The notes under the pieces were generated by a model. It saw only the letters and a list, made by a program, of their open reading frames with translations. It was not told the origin of the DNA and searched no databases. Position numbers and translations under genes: made by a program. A stretch of DNA of 63,937 nucleotides, counting the filler, from Octopus bimaculoides (Eukaryota), in the NCBI RefSeq assembly GCF_001194135.2. It is 5 parts of 5 records of this genome, joined end to end, with 100 filler letters (N's around TTAATTAATTAA, not from the genome) between each part and the next. Parts side by side here need not be neighbours in the genome. Positions count along the whole stretch, not along the records: positions 1 to 18,173 come from NC_069004.1; 4 more parts are not named here. The stretch is one strand, 5' to 3'. The first letter of the stretch is position 1; every line of letters begins with the position of its first letter. Of this stretch, positions 1 to 10,089 are shown piece after piece.

Positions 1-180
1 CAAAGGAGCCTGGACTATAGACAAAATAAAATCTAACCCCAGAGCCTTCTACAAGTTTGCCAAAGAAAAAGCTTCGGTGCACTCCTCAAAAAAGATGCCC
101 CACTCACAGGAAACCCAATGGGGATAAGTGAAATACTAAATAAGCAATTCAAAAGTATTTTCACTCAACCCTTAGGACAC
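1..180 (+). mobile_element. CR1/L2-like LINE ORF2 fragment
   Basis: Translates with frameshifts to KIKSNPRAFYKFAKEK...ISEILNKQFKSIFT, resembling the NPK.F..Y...ILN..F.SVFT linker between endonuclease and RT. Confidence 0.6.
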
Positions 181-265
181 TTGCAAGTCAGCAATCCAGC
201 TGATTTTTTATTCTGCTGCAGATATAAAAACAGAGGCAGTGATGATTGATTGCATTAATATAAAG

Positions 266-1665
266 CATGGGCCACCAAATTACGGCCCGCGACGTGACAC
301 ATTCTACCAGTATCCCAAGTTTGAAAGTGTTTCGTTAAGAAAACAAGTGTTGCCCGTCAAACCAAAAAGATCCGCATGGGAATATTCTTCAGTATTCATA
401 GGTGGTACCAAAAACACTACATAAAACATTAATGAAAAATGTTGCCCGTTAAACCAAAAAGATCCCATGCTTTTATACTGCTTCTTGCACTTCTTAGATT
501 ACGCATGTTGTATGTATACTGTGTCAGTCACTTCACGCACTACGTATTTCACGCGCCATAATAATTACAACAGTATATCACGTGTGCCTTGAGCTAGTCA
601 GTTATTAGTGATTACAATTAAAATGCGAATATCTGACGCCGAGGCCTGTAAGACTGCTCTTGTTTTTTCTCCAACTATCGTTATGGTTACTAAGAAGAGA
701 AAGGTTAACGGTGAATGTCGTATTTTCAATAAAGAATGGGGAGAAAAGTACTTGGATCTATTTTAAAACGGGGGCCACATTTTTCATTAATGTTTTACGT
801 AGTGTTTTTGGTACGGAAAGACTTTCAAACTTCGTATACTTATCTATTTTGTGTTATAGAACAGAAAAATATTTTTGTATTCGAATTTATTTCATGTAAA
901 AAATTGTCTTATTTCGATAATTTCAACCAATCACTGACAAGTATTCAGTTGTTTATATNNNNNNNNNNNNCGTTTTATTTGCTTTTTTCATTTTCTTTTT
1001 TTTTTCTTCGTTTTATTTGCTGTTTTCTTTTTAAATTTGCCGTTTTACCCTAACCCTAACCCTATCACCGATAGAATTGTTTCAGAATCGTTTGTTTATG
1101 TAGTCGGCACTTAATGTATATCGGCTGAATGGACGTCAGTGATTGGTTGAAATTACAGAAATACGACAACTTTAACATGGAATAACTTAGGGATTTCTTT
1201 TTTTTTTTAAGAAGACTAAGAGAAAAAGATGTTTTATATGACACATTCTACCAGTGTTCCAAGTTTCAAAGTGTTTCGTTAATGAAAAATGTGGCCCCCG
1301 TTTTAAAAACGATCCAAGTAGTTCTTTGGTGGGGAAAAAATTACCAGAAAGCTAGTTGCCTGATATGTAACGAAAGTATTATTGTTATGAAAGAGTACAA
1401 TATTCGTTGTCACTACAAAGTAAAACATCTCTCAACACATTTTAAATATTTTTGAAAATTACGGTCCGAGAAATTTGAATCTATGAAACGTAGTTTGGAA
1501 TCTGAAAAGGATTTCTTTATGAAAAAGTTCGTTGAAAATGAATCTATCACTCATGTAAGTAGCAAAATAGTGAATAAGTTAGTTGGCTGAGCGATGAAAA
1601 CCAGTTACTGACAGAAAGTTTATAAAAAGACTGCGTGATGGAAGCAGCATATGTCCTCTCAACGA
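266..1665 (+). mobile_element. Decayed hAT transposon (SPIN/Charlie-type), interrupted by a MITE
   Basis: ATG 683 gives MVTKKRKVNGECRIFNKEWGEK. After the MITE it continues FF...KASCLICNESIIVMKEYNIRCHYKVKH...KPVTDRKFIKDCVMEAA, typical of this transposase N-terminus. A left-end-like sequence, catgggccaccaaattacggcccgcg, lies at ~266. Confidence 0.75.
751..1318. mobile_element. MITE with ~40-bp TIRs, TA target-site duplication and a (CCCTAA)n core
   Basis: TIR cttggatctattttaaaacggggccacatttttcattaa pairs with ttaatgaaaaatgtggcccccgttttaaaaacgatccaag. TA at 749-750 and 1319-1320. Inner inverted repeat tttcaaccaatcactgac / gtcagtgattggttgaaa. Confidence 0.85.
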
Positions 1666-2169
1666 TTAGCCAGGGATGATTTTTAAAATGAGAATACCTG
1701 AAATAAACTTGACTGCACTCACAAACGAGAATACTAAAAATGAACCTGACCACTCTCAAAAATTAAGTAAAAAAAAAAAAAAACAGTCATGGACTGTGAA
1801 GGTGGCTGTAGAAAATTTAGTAACAGTAATAAATAATTTGTCCTTACCTAATACAAGCCAAAGTTAACAAATTCACCATTCAAAATAATTACAGGCTAAA
1901 GGGAGATAACTGAGAAAGACTTGAAAATTAACATATGATCGTAATAGTTCATGTAAGGTAAAGTAAATATAAAAAATAATCCAGAATCCTTGTCTGATAC
2001 TGGATCAATCCCAAAATCTAATCAGTTTGTGCCAGTCATGAGGCCAAACATCCCTGAAAGTTTCATACAAATCCATCCAGCGGTTCTTGAGATATCTTGT
2101 CCACGGACAAACAAGCTTGTCTGAAAAAAATACCTCCACCTTCGCTAAGGCGGAGGTAAAATAATGATA

Positions 2170-2510
2170 ATCCTTTCTACAATAAGCACAAGACCTGGCA
2201 TTTGTGGGGAGGGGACTTGTTGAGTACATTGACCCCAGTGTTTAACTGGTACTTAATTTATTGACCTCGAGTAATAATAATAATAATAATAATAACTCTT
2301 TCTACTAAAGGCACAAGACCTGAAATTTTGGGGGAGGGGACTAGTTGATTACATTGACCCCAGTGTTTCACTGGTTCCTAATTTTTTGACTCCGAAAGGA
2401 TGAAAGGCAAAGTTGACCTCAGTGGAATCTGAACTCAGACCGTGAAGATGGACAAAATGTCATAAAGCATTTTGCCCAGCATGCTAACAATTCTGTCAGC
2501 TTGTTGCCTT
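2170..2510 (-). mobile_element. SINE family B (one partial + one near-full copy)
   Basis: Matches other copies carrying gtcgactttgcctttcatcctttcggggtcgataaaataagtaccag (Nin/Deu-like domain as I recall it). Confidence 0.75.
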
Positions 2511-2600
2511 AATGATAATAATAAGGAAAAAATAAAGGCATTGGAGGGGCGATGCATACACTATGCACAGATAAATTTTCTTGCAGATTATAGTGTGGCT

Positions 2601-2850
2601 TGTGGAGGTGCGTGGCTTAGTGGTTAGGGTGTCAGCATCATGATTGTAAGATTGTGGTTTCGATTCCTGGACCGGGCAACGCATTGTGTTCTTGAGCAAA
2701 ACATTTCATTTCACGTTGCTCCAGTCCACTCCACTGGCGAAAATGAGTAATGCTGCGATGGACTGGCGTCCCGTCCAGCTGGGGAACACATAACGTTATT
2801 GAAACCGGGAAACTGGGTCCATGAGCCTGGCTAGGCTTTAAAAGGGTGCT
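2601..2850 (+). mobile_element. tRNA-headed SINE (head A + CORE-like + gcgatggactggcgtcccgtccag domain)
   Basis: A box tggcttagtggttagg, B box ggtttcgattcc, T-rich tail, approximate TSD ttatagtgtggct / ttatagtatagct. Confidence 0.75.
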
Positions 2851-2921
2851 TTTTTTTTTATAGTATAGCTTACAATGTGTTGCTTACCCATTCTTCTTAA
2901 TTGAATTGAATTTATTTATTC

Positions 2922-3672
2922 TTTTTTAAGTATCACCATGATAGATGTTTATACTCCAGTGAAATTAAGAAGTTAACTCATAAATAAACGAAACCCTCAA
3001 ATACATCACTGTACACACACACACAAAGTTGCATATCTAATGTATGTATGTAGTACCCACATGTGTCTACACACATGATCTATACACACACACACACACA
3101 GAGAGACAAGGATCAATTCATATGAAAAAAGAAGTGAACTAAATGAATTACTTGTAGAAAATAGTGCATAGAATTTAATTGTTTCAAACGTCTTTCAATG
3201 ATGGTAAGTGAATCAAATGTACTGTAGTTCATTGTAGGATATATATAACATGACCACTTGTTTATCGGGAAATTTGTGAATTTAATTTTTTTAAAAATTT
3301 GTTTTTTTTAAGTATCATCATACTCTGGTGAAATTAAGAACTCAACTTGTAAATAAACATCCATCACTGTACATGCACACACACACACACACACAGTCAC
3401 ATATGTATGTATATATGTATATACCCATGTGTCTACGCACATAAGTACACCATGATCGATATACATGCAGACGAGAGTAAATTCATAAGAAAAAGAAAGT
3501 GAACAAAATGAAATGCTTATTGAAAATATTCCATAGAATTTGAGAAGCATTTCACCATTATAGGTATTTATACTTAGGTGAAATTAAGAAATCAACTCGT
3601 AAATAAACAAAACCCTCAAATCTATCACTGTACACACACAAACACAGTTGCATAGCTATGTATGTATGTTTG
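2922..3672. repeat. Degenerate local tandem triplication (~300-380 bp unit, third copy partial)
   Basis: The motif gtgaaattaagaa...taaataaac...atcactgtaca(ca)n recurs at ~2960, ~3330 and ~3580. Confidence 0.7.
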
Positions 3673-4074
3673 AAGATAATCAAACCAAATTTTCATCATT
3701 TTGAACCACTTACTCAATGAGTATTGCTGCCAAATTTGGTGAAAATCAGTTCAGCCATTTTCCAGTAATTTTTCAAACACACAGACAATCAAAGGTGAGT
3801 GATTACAATGCTCTGCCATTGCTTATTCACGCAGTGTAATAATGTTAATAATAATAATAATATTTGAAGGAGGAAGATGAATAGAAAACAGAATAGAGGC
3901 AAAACGGGATGTTATAAACATGGAGTTGTTAATTAAAAAATATGAAAATGATGATGATGAGTATGTTATGCAGAAATATTTATATGTGTGTATGGAGAGG
4001 TGCATTCATGCAGAAATACTCTGCAGTGTTCATATCCAAATGAATAATCTCCCTTTTATATCAACGATGTCTAT

Positions 4075-4234
4075 CATCATCATCATCATCATCATCATTT
4101 AACGTCCGCTTTCCATGCTAGCATGGGTTGGACGATTTGACTGAGGACTGGTGGAACCTGAAGGCTACACCAGGCTCCGATCTGATTTGGCAGAGTTTCT
4201 ACAGCTGGATGCCCTTCCTAACGCCAACCACTCC
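4075..4234 (-). mobile_element. RTE-type retroposon 3' end with (GAT)n tail
   Basis: Minus strand reads ggttggcgttaggaagggcatccagctgtagaaac...gcggacgttaaat(gat)n, resembling RTE-clade 3' UTRs. Confidence 0.65.
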
Positions 4235-4459
4235 AATTTGATGAGAACAGTTAGATAAGTAGCAGACAAAGTACAAAGAGTTCGATATAATCAACTGAAA
4301 CTCCCCAGAAAAGAGCTTCAACAGAACCACAGACCAATGATTAAAACCGATAACAGAAATGAAGAATTCCAAAGAATCTCTTATTCACAAGATGTTTTAC
4401 GGTCAAAAGAAGCTCTTGAGAAAACAGTTGATCTGCATCTAAGGCACAACACTAACATT

Positions 4460-4842
4460 TTATTGATGATTAGTTTTGTATAAACTGGTGATAGACAAAT
4501 AACTTGTATTGTGGCTGATAAACTTTACCATGTTCATCTTCAAAACAATTGTATCATTTACTTTAAATCGGTATGTAAATGATGATTGCATTATGGCATA
4601 TTCTGGTGTATTTTTTAAGGAATTGAAACTTTTTTTTATACATTTATATTTTGGTCCATTCTTTCTTTGAAACATTAAGGTTACAATTACTGAAGGAGTA
4701 TCTTCTGGAATGTACAATTGCACGGCGCAGCCTATTTGGTAAATCCCATTTTGTGGCACATATATGTAAGTTTCATTAACCAAATGAAAGTTGCCTACAT
4801 CCTGGCTCTCATCTTTGAACCAATGTAAATCAGTTATACCCT
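4460..4842 (-). CDS. TNF-like ligand gene 1, exon 4 (TNF homology domain)
   Basis: Acceptor ttccttctttttcag|. LHW...GNFHLVNETYIYVPQNGIYQIGCAVQL matches the TNF pattern L.W...L.VP..G.Y.IY.QV.F, and the C-terminal SYLSITSL aligns to strand H. Exon sum 222+31+48+383 = 684 nt = 227 aa + stop. Confidence 0.88.
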
Positions 4843-5300
4843 CTGAAAAAGAAGGAATAATAATACAATAAATAATAATAGTGGAAGGATTTCCAGCATT
4901 AATAGATTCAGAAGAAATTGCAAAACCTCTGTGTAGTTCCTGCATGGGGCAAAGCATTGCTGGTATTTATTTCCCCTTAATATTGTAATAGTAAGAATTA
5001 ACACAAATCCATAATGTTGCTATCTAAGCCTTTTGATAGCAACTTGTCAAATACAGCCTCTTGTTCTATTATACAAACATCTTGTTTTATCATTATCTAA
5101 ATTGAAACCTTCTTTCTAAATTTTATGAATTTTCTAAACATTAGCTTAATAATGAACAAAACCTTTTAATAAATTTTTCATTACTTAAAAAATTAATTGA
5201 AAGAAAGTTTATCTCAAAAAAAATATGATAGCAGAAAGGTTAAATGTGTGATGCAAATTATAAGAAATAGTGTGCAATAATTCTGTATAAATTAACTTAC

Positions 5301-5348
5301 CCAACTCAGTGTAACCTTCTGTTTTCAGATAGAAGAAGGCATGGTGAG
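5301..5348 (-). CDS. TNF-like ligand gene 1, exon 3 (48 nt, SHHAFFYLKTEGYTEL; probable beta-strand A)
   Basis: Acceptor cttatctttcag| and donor G|GTAAGT, phase 1 to 1. 45/48 nt identical to the paralog exon at 13588-13635. Confidence 0.85.
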
Positions 5349-5877
5349 CTGAAAGATAAGAAGAGAGAAAGTAGATGGTGAAAAAGATATATTTTAATAC
5401 AGATTCAATATCAAATAGAAGACTATTCAAAGAAAAAGGCACTTCACATTACCATCTAATAAATAACCATACAGCATATTAATTGTTTCACAATCAATAT
5501 TATCAGAATGAAAATGATCTACATGGAGAACAAGTATTAACCATTAATGAAAGGGAGCCAAGTTTATATAAACATCCTTATATTACACTCATCACATAGT
5601 AGTTTCATGAACTTTAACATGGTTAGTTGTACAGTAGTAATGCCTTGCTAGGACTGATTATACAATTCTAGTAAATTACTGTGGCCATTTCTTTCATGTA
5701 TTTAATGATGTGGGTATTTTTATCATTTATTTCTTTAGTATGTCTTATTTTTCAAGTTGCCTGTTTTAAGACTGTAATGTATTGAAGACATGTTTAGTGA
5801 TTTCATTAATGCTACGATATATTACAGTCAGATAATTTTATTGAGACATGGAAGGTGGAACGACGAAAATAACTTAC

Positions 5878-5908
5878 ATTGTTGAGGTGGCTGTTGCTGT
5901 TTTTCCTT
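5878..5908 (-). CDS. TNF-like ligand gene 1, exon 2 (31-nt stalk microexon, KEKQQQPPQQ)
   Basis: Polypyrimidine acceptor ttttctttctattttag| and donor T|GTAAGT, phase 0 to 1. A homologous exon sits at the same position in the paralog. Confidence 0.8.
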
Positions 5909-7024
5909 CTAAAATAGAAAGAAAACAAGGTAAGAAAACCAAAATTAACACAAGATGGTGACTGATGTTTTTATTACTTTCATCATATTATTGTCATATG
6001 TATGTATATATTAACCAGAGTAAGCACATAAATGTGAAACAAAGTGGAAAAAATAGTTCTTGAATACAGGAGGTGGAGTAATATGCTCAATTTTCTTAAT
6101 TAGACATTCCATTTTAATGATCCGATTTAGATAAATTAAATTATACATATATATATATACATACATATACATATATATATATTTATATATATATATNNNN
6201 NNNNNNNNNNNNNNNNNNNNNNNNNNNNNNNNNNNNNNNNNNNNNNNNNNNNNNNNNNNNNNNNNNNNNNNNNNNNNNNNNNNNNNNNNNNNNNNNTAGC
6301 ACATTGAAAGAATCCGAGAGATTCAGAAAAAATATCTGAGATCTAAAGGGATTAAGTTATACTTTTATATATATAAAGTTGACCAGTAAAGTGGACATTT
6401 AATTATGCTAGAAATAGACCATATGTTGTGTCTACTAAGACCTAGTATTTCTCAAAAGAAATTCAGCGAAATATCAAACCGTAAGCGGGCAAGACATTGA
6501 AAATTACATATATAAAATTAGAAAGTTATTCGCGGACAAAGGTTTCGGAGGTTATACATACAAATGAAAAGTCAAACAAAAGAAAGTGACACTCATCGCA
6601 TTAGTTGGAAGGAAAGACAGAGAGAGACAAAGAGATGGACTGACATGAAGATAGACAATAGTATTGAAAAACGTGTGAGGAAAAAAAATGCAATTTGCAG
6701 GTAAAAGAAAATTAATGAATATGGCGAAAACATGGTTTCTTTACTTTTTGTGTCTTATACAAAAAAGGAAAAACATTTTACTGAAGGCAAAAGCGTAACA
6801 AAAAAATATTAAAGAAAAAAAACAGGTTTTAAAAAATTATTTTAGCGGTGGTGCAAGCGAACAATGGTGGTGGGGGGAGCACAGGATGTTTACAAACAAT
6901 AAAATGATTTTCCTTTTTGTGTTTTGAAAGACAATCGTGAATAAGTAAAAATACTCCGACTCATGCGAGAGAGCTAAAATAAATTAAGTCCGCTGAAAAT
7001 AAATAAAATGTATTGAAATCTCAC

Positions 7025-7246
7025 CTGATTTAGATAAATTATTACTACTGTCACTGCAACTATGGCCAAAGCAATAATTCCGTATTTAAAATACGAGTTG
7101 CGATGCTTTTGTGCGATAATTTCAGTGTCGTTCGTATTTTGTGATTGATTTTCTCTTTCATCGTCTGCATTGATATCTTGAAGGGATTCCTCGGAACCAC
7201 TCTCAGAAGACACTAGTTGCTCTGCATCTGTAATATACCTTGTCAT
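7025..7246 (-). CDS. TNF-like ligand gene 1, exon 1 (cytoplasmic tail + type II transmembrane helix)
   Basis: ATG at 7246-7244 gives 74 aa, MTRYITDAEQLVSSESGSEES...QKHRNSYFKYGIIALAIVAVTVVIIYLNQ. A basic cluster precedes an ~18-aa hydrophobic helix. The exon ends at a CAG|GTGAGA phase-0 donor and splices in frame to exon 2. Confidence 0.85.
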
Positions 7247-7574
7247 GTTTGAAAGTTTTCGTGCACAAATATACAAGACGACATCAGCAAAGATCAATTA
7301 ACCCACTTTCTAGTTTTTCCCTGTATTTATTTCAAGGCCGTGTCAACTTCTCCCTCCAAACTCTTACCTTTTCTCTCTTTCTCTTTGTCTTCTTTTTCTC
7401 ACACTGTATAATAACTTCCAAATAACTCACTCCCCCTTCCTCTCTCAACTCTTTTATTTCTTTCTTCCTTACTCTTTCTCCCTCTCGTTCTTTCTTTCTG
7501 TTCCTCTCTATCTCTTCCTCTACTCCGCTTTGCTTTTCAATACCTGTCAGGCCGTCAATTATAATATATATTTC

Positions 7575-8190
7575 GGCACTGTCATGGTATTAGCTGTCAG
7601 AATTGAAAGTAGAAAAATCGGAAGGAACGTTACTGCTGGTTTGAGTTGATTCTTTGGCTACTGACAGCTAATACCATGACTGGCCGGAGCGAGCTATATG
7701 TCTCTCTCTCTCTCTATCTATCTATCTATCACTCGAAAGTTATTGGAACAAATTTGACACCTATATCCATGCGTTTGAAAACACACAGAGTATAAGGGTA
7801 CTACTAAAGCAGAGTGGTCCCGAACGCGCAGTCGCGCGTCCGCGATAGCTAGTCGTGAGTGGTCGATCCTATTATTTTTAAACTTCAAACTTCATTTGTT
7901 TTCTATTTTGATAAATTCTCTCTGTTGAAAATTATATTTTTATATTTTAAATAATTTGCAATTTCAGAAAATATATTTTTATATTAAATTTGCGTTTTCT
8001 AATTTGATAAATTCTACGGACACAAACAGAGGTGAACGAATGATAGATAGATAGAGAGAGAGAGATAGTGAGATAGACAGACAGATAGATAGCTCCGGCT
8101 AGTCAGTAGCCAAAGAATCAACTCAAACTAGCAGTAACGTTCCTTGTCAGTTCTACTTTCAATTCTGACAGATAATACCATGACAGTGCC
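7575..8190. mobile_element. Non-autonomous DNA transposon with ~90-bp TIRs and 8-bp TSD (Merlin- or Mutator-like)
   Basis: Ends GGCACTGTCATGGTATTA ... TAATACCATGACAGTGCC. Identical TATATTTC at 7567-7574 and 8191-8198. Confidence 0.85.
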
Positions 8191-8847
8191 TATATTTCAT
8201 ATGTAGTCTTTGCGGTGTATGCGGGATATTAGAAGTAAGACACCGACCTTCTCTTCGTCGACGCAGACCTCTCCGGTGGTAACGCACCCTTCCACGTGGC
8301 CCGACCCGAACGCTAAAAATAGCAGCTGCTGTTCCTCACCTCGTCGAAGCGCTCACACGTCCAGCGCTCTCGACTACCCCGATCGAAAGGCCCAATCNNN
8401 NNNNNNNNNNNNNNNNNNNNNNNNNNNNNNNNNNNNNNNNNNNNNNNNNNNNNNNNNNNNNNNNNNNNNNNNNNNNNNNNNNNNNNNNNNNNNNNNNNNN
8501 NNNNNNNNNNNNNNNNNNNNNNNNNNNNNNNNNNNNNNNNNNNNNNNNNNNNNNNNNNNNNNNNNNNNNNNNNNNNNNNNNNNNNNNNNNNNNNNNNNNN
8601 NNNNNNNNNNNNNNNNNNNNNNNNNNNNNNNNNNNNNNNNNNNNNNNNNNNNNNNNNNNNNNNNNNNNNNNNNNNNNNNNNNNNNNNNNNNNNNNNNNNN
8701 NNNNNNNNNNNNNNNNNNNNNNNNNNNNNNNNNNNNNNNNNNNNNNNNNNNNNNNNNNNNNNNNNNNNNNNNNNNNNNNNNNNNNNNNNNNNNNNNNNNN
8801 NNNNNNNNNNNNNNNNNNNNNNNNNNNNNNNNNNNNNNNNNNNNNNN

Positions 8848-8884
<37 letters not shown>

Positions 8885-8899
8885 ATGTATATATATATA

Positions 8900-9036
8900 C
8901 GGGGGCTTCTTTCAGTTTCCGTCTACTAAATCCAGTCACAAGGCTTTGGTCGGCCCGAGGCTATAGTAGAAGATTCGCCCAAGGTGCCACGCAGTAGGAT
9001 TGAACCCGGAACCATGTGGTTGGGAAGCAAGCTTCC
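8900..9036 (-). mobile_element. SINE family C (CORE-like ccttgggc(a/g)ag) with TA/CA microsatellite tail
   Basis: Near-identical to copies at 44590-44745 and 40755-40919. Confidence 0.8.
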
Positions 9037-10089
9037 TGAAGGGCCAAGTGGGATAAAATGCTAAAGATAATACTGGGGTAAAAAGAAAAAAAAAACACAG
9101 AGAAATATAGCAACTGTACTTAAAGAAATGATATAAAATATATAAAGATAAGTTCGAAGAGATTTCATTTTTATAAAAATCGTGGGCGGAAAGCGTAGAA
9201 TGTGAAAATAATGGTGGAAGGGAGATAACTCTAAGCATCTTATTAAACCGCTTTTCACACGGAAGTGATCGATAAAATAAAGAACTAGTCAAGTTCAGCG
9301 AATGATTTAATCATCTATAACGAAATCAAAGGACCTGAATCTATAAGTTTTAATAAAGTATTGAGATCGATCACATCTATATGCACGCACGTTGTTCATG
9401 TTATCTTTAGCTGGAATTATGCATGGGCTGACGATGCCAGACACAAAAATAAGGAGAGAGAAGAATAGGGACAGTAGTGGGTATTGAGGAACTAGAGGAC
9501 CTCTGGGGTTCGAAAAGCTGATTTTGGGTAATTGGGTATCAACATTGTAAACAACATGTTCTAGCGGTGTCTTGGGATCTTTTCCCTTGAATAAAATTAG
9601 TGCCGTTGTTTGTCAACAACAACTATCGGCGGTAGTTATTTATGACATCGTTCGTGCGTCTGTACTGGTTTTAGCTTTAGGGTTAGGGTTTGGGTTTTAG
9701 AGTTAGGGTTAGGGTTACGATTTGGCAAAAATACTCATAACCCTAACCCCTTTAAATCAACATCCTCTTTGTATTTTATATCTTACTTGCAGTCACCCAG
9801 CCTTTGCCCTGGGCTGTACTGTACTCACATGCATCTCTTGTAATGCCCAGGAGTCAAATTGTGGCTAAAAGTTGCTAGTTGCCACTCTTCCTGAGAAAAA
9901 GGTCTAAATTCTAACCAATTTGTCGTTGTTCTGATGTTTCCGGTTCTCTGGAGCAAGCATTTCAGGCTGTGTTACTTTGAAGTTGTTCTGTTAACACCTG
10001 TTCTCTTAAGCAGGATTTTCTATCAGCTTGAGGCTCCAACCTCCCTTGTTTCTGTTCTGGTATCTTATGTTTCCTCAAGCAGGTAACAA

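Noticed and set aside
4460-4842. Alternative call as a C1q-domain protein
   Set aside because: AFF and SYLS are C1q-like, but the L-x-W motif, VP..G.Y.I...V spacing and type II topology fit TNF better. Only an HMM or structure search can fully exclude C1q.
4843-4957. N-terminal 38 aa of ORF 4460-4957 (and the first ~20 aa of ORF 11894-12343)
   Set aside because: Intronic read-through upstream of a clear polypyrimidine-AG acceptor. The paralogs share no similarity there.
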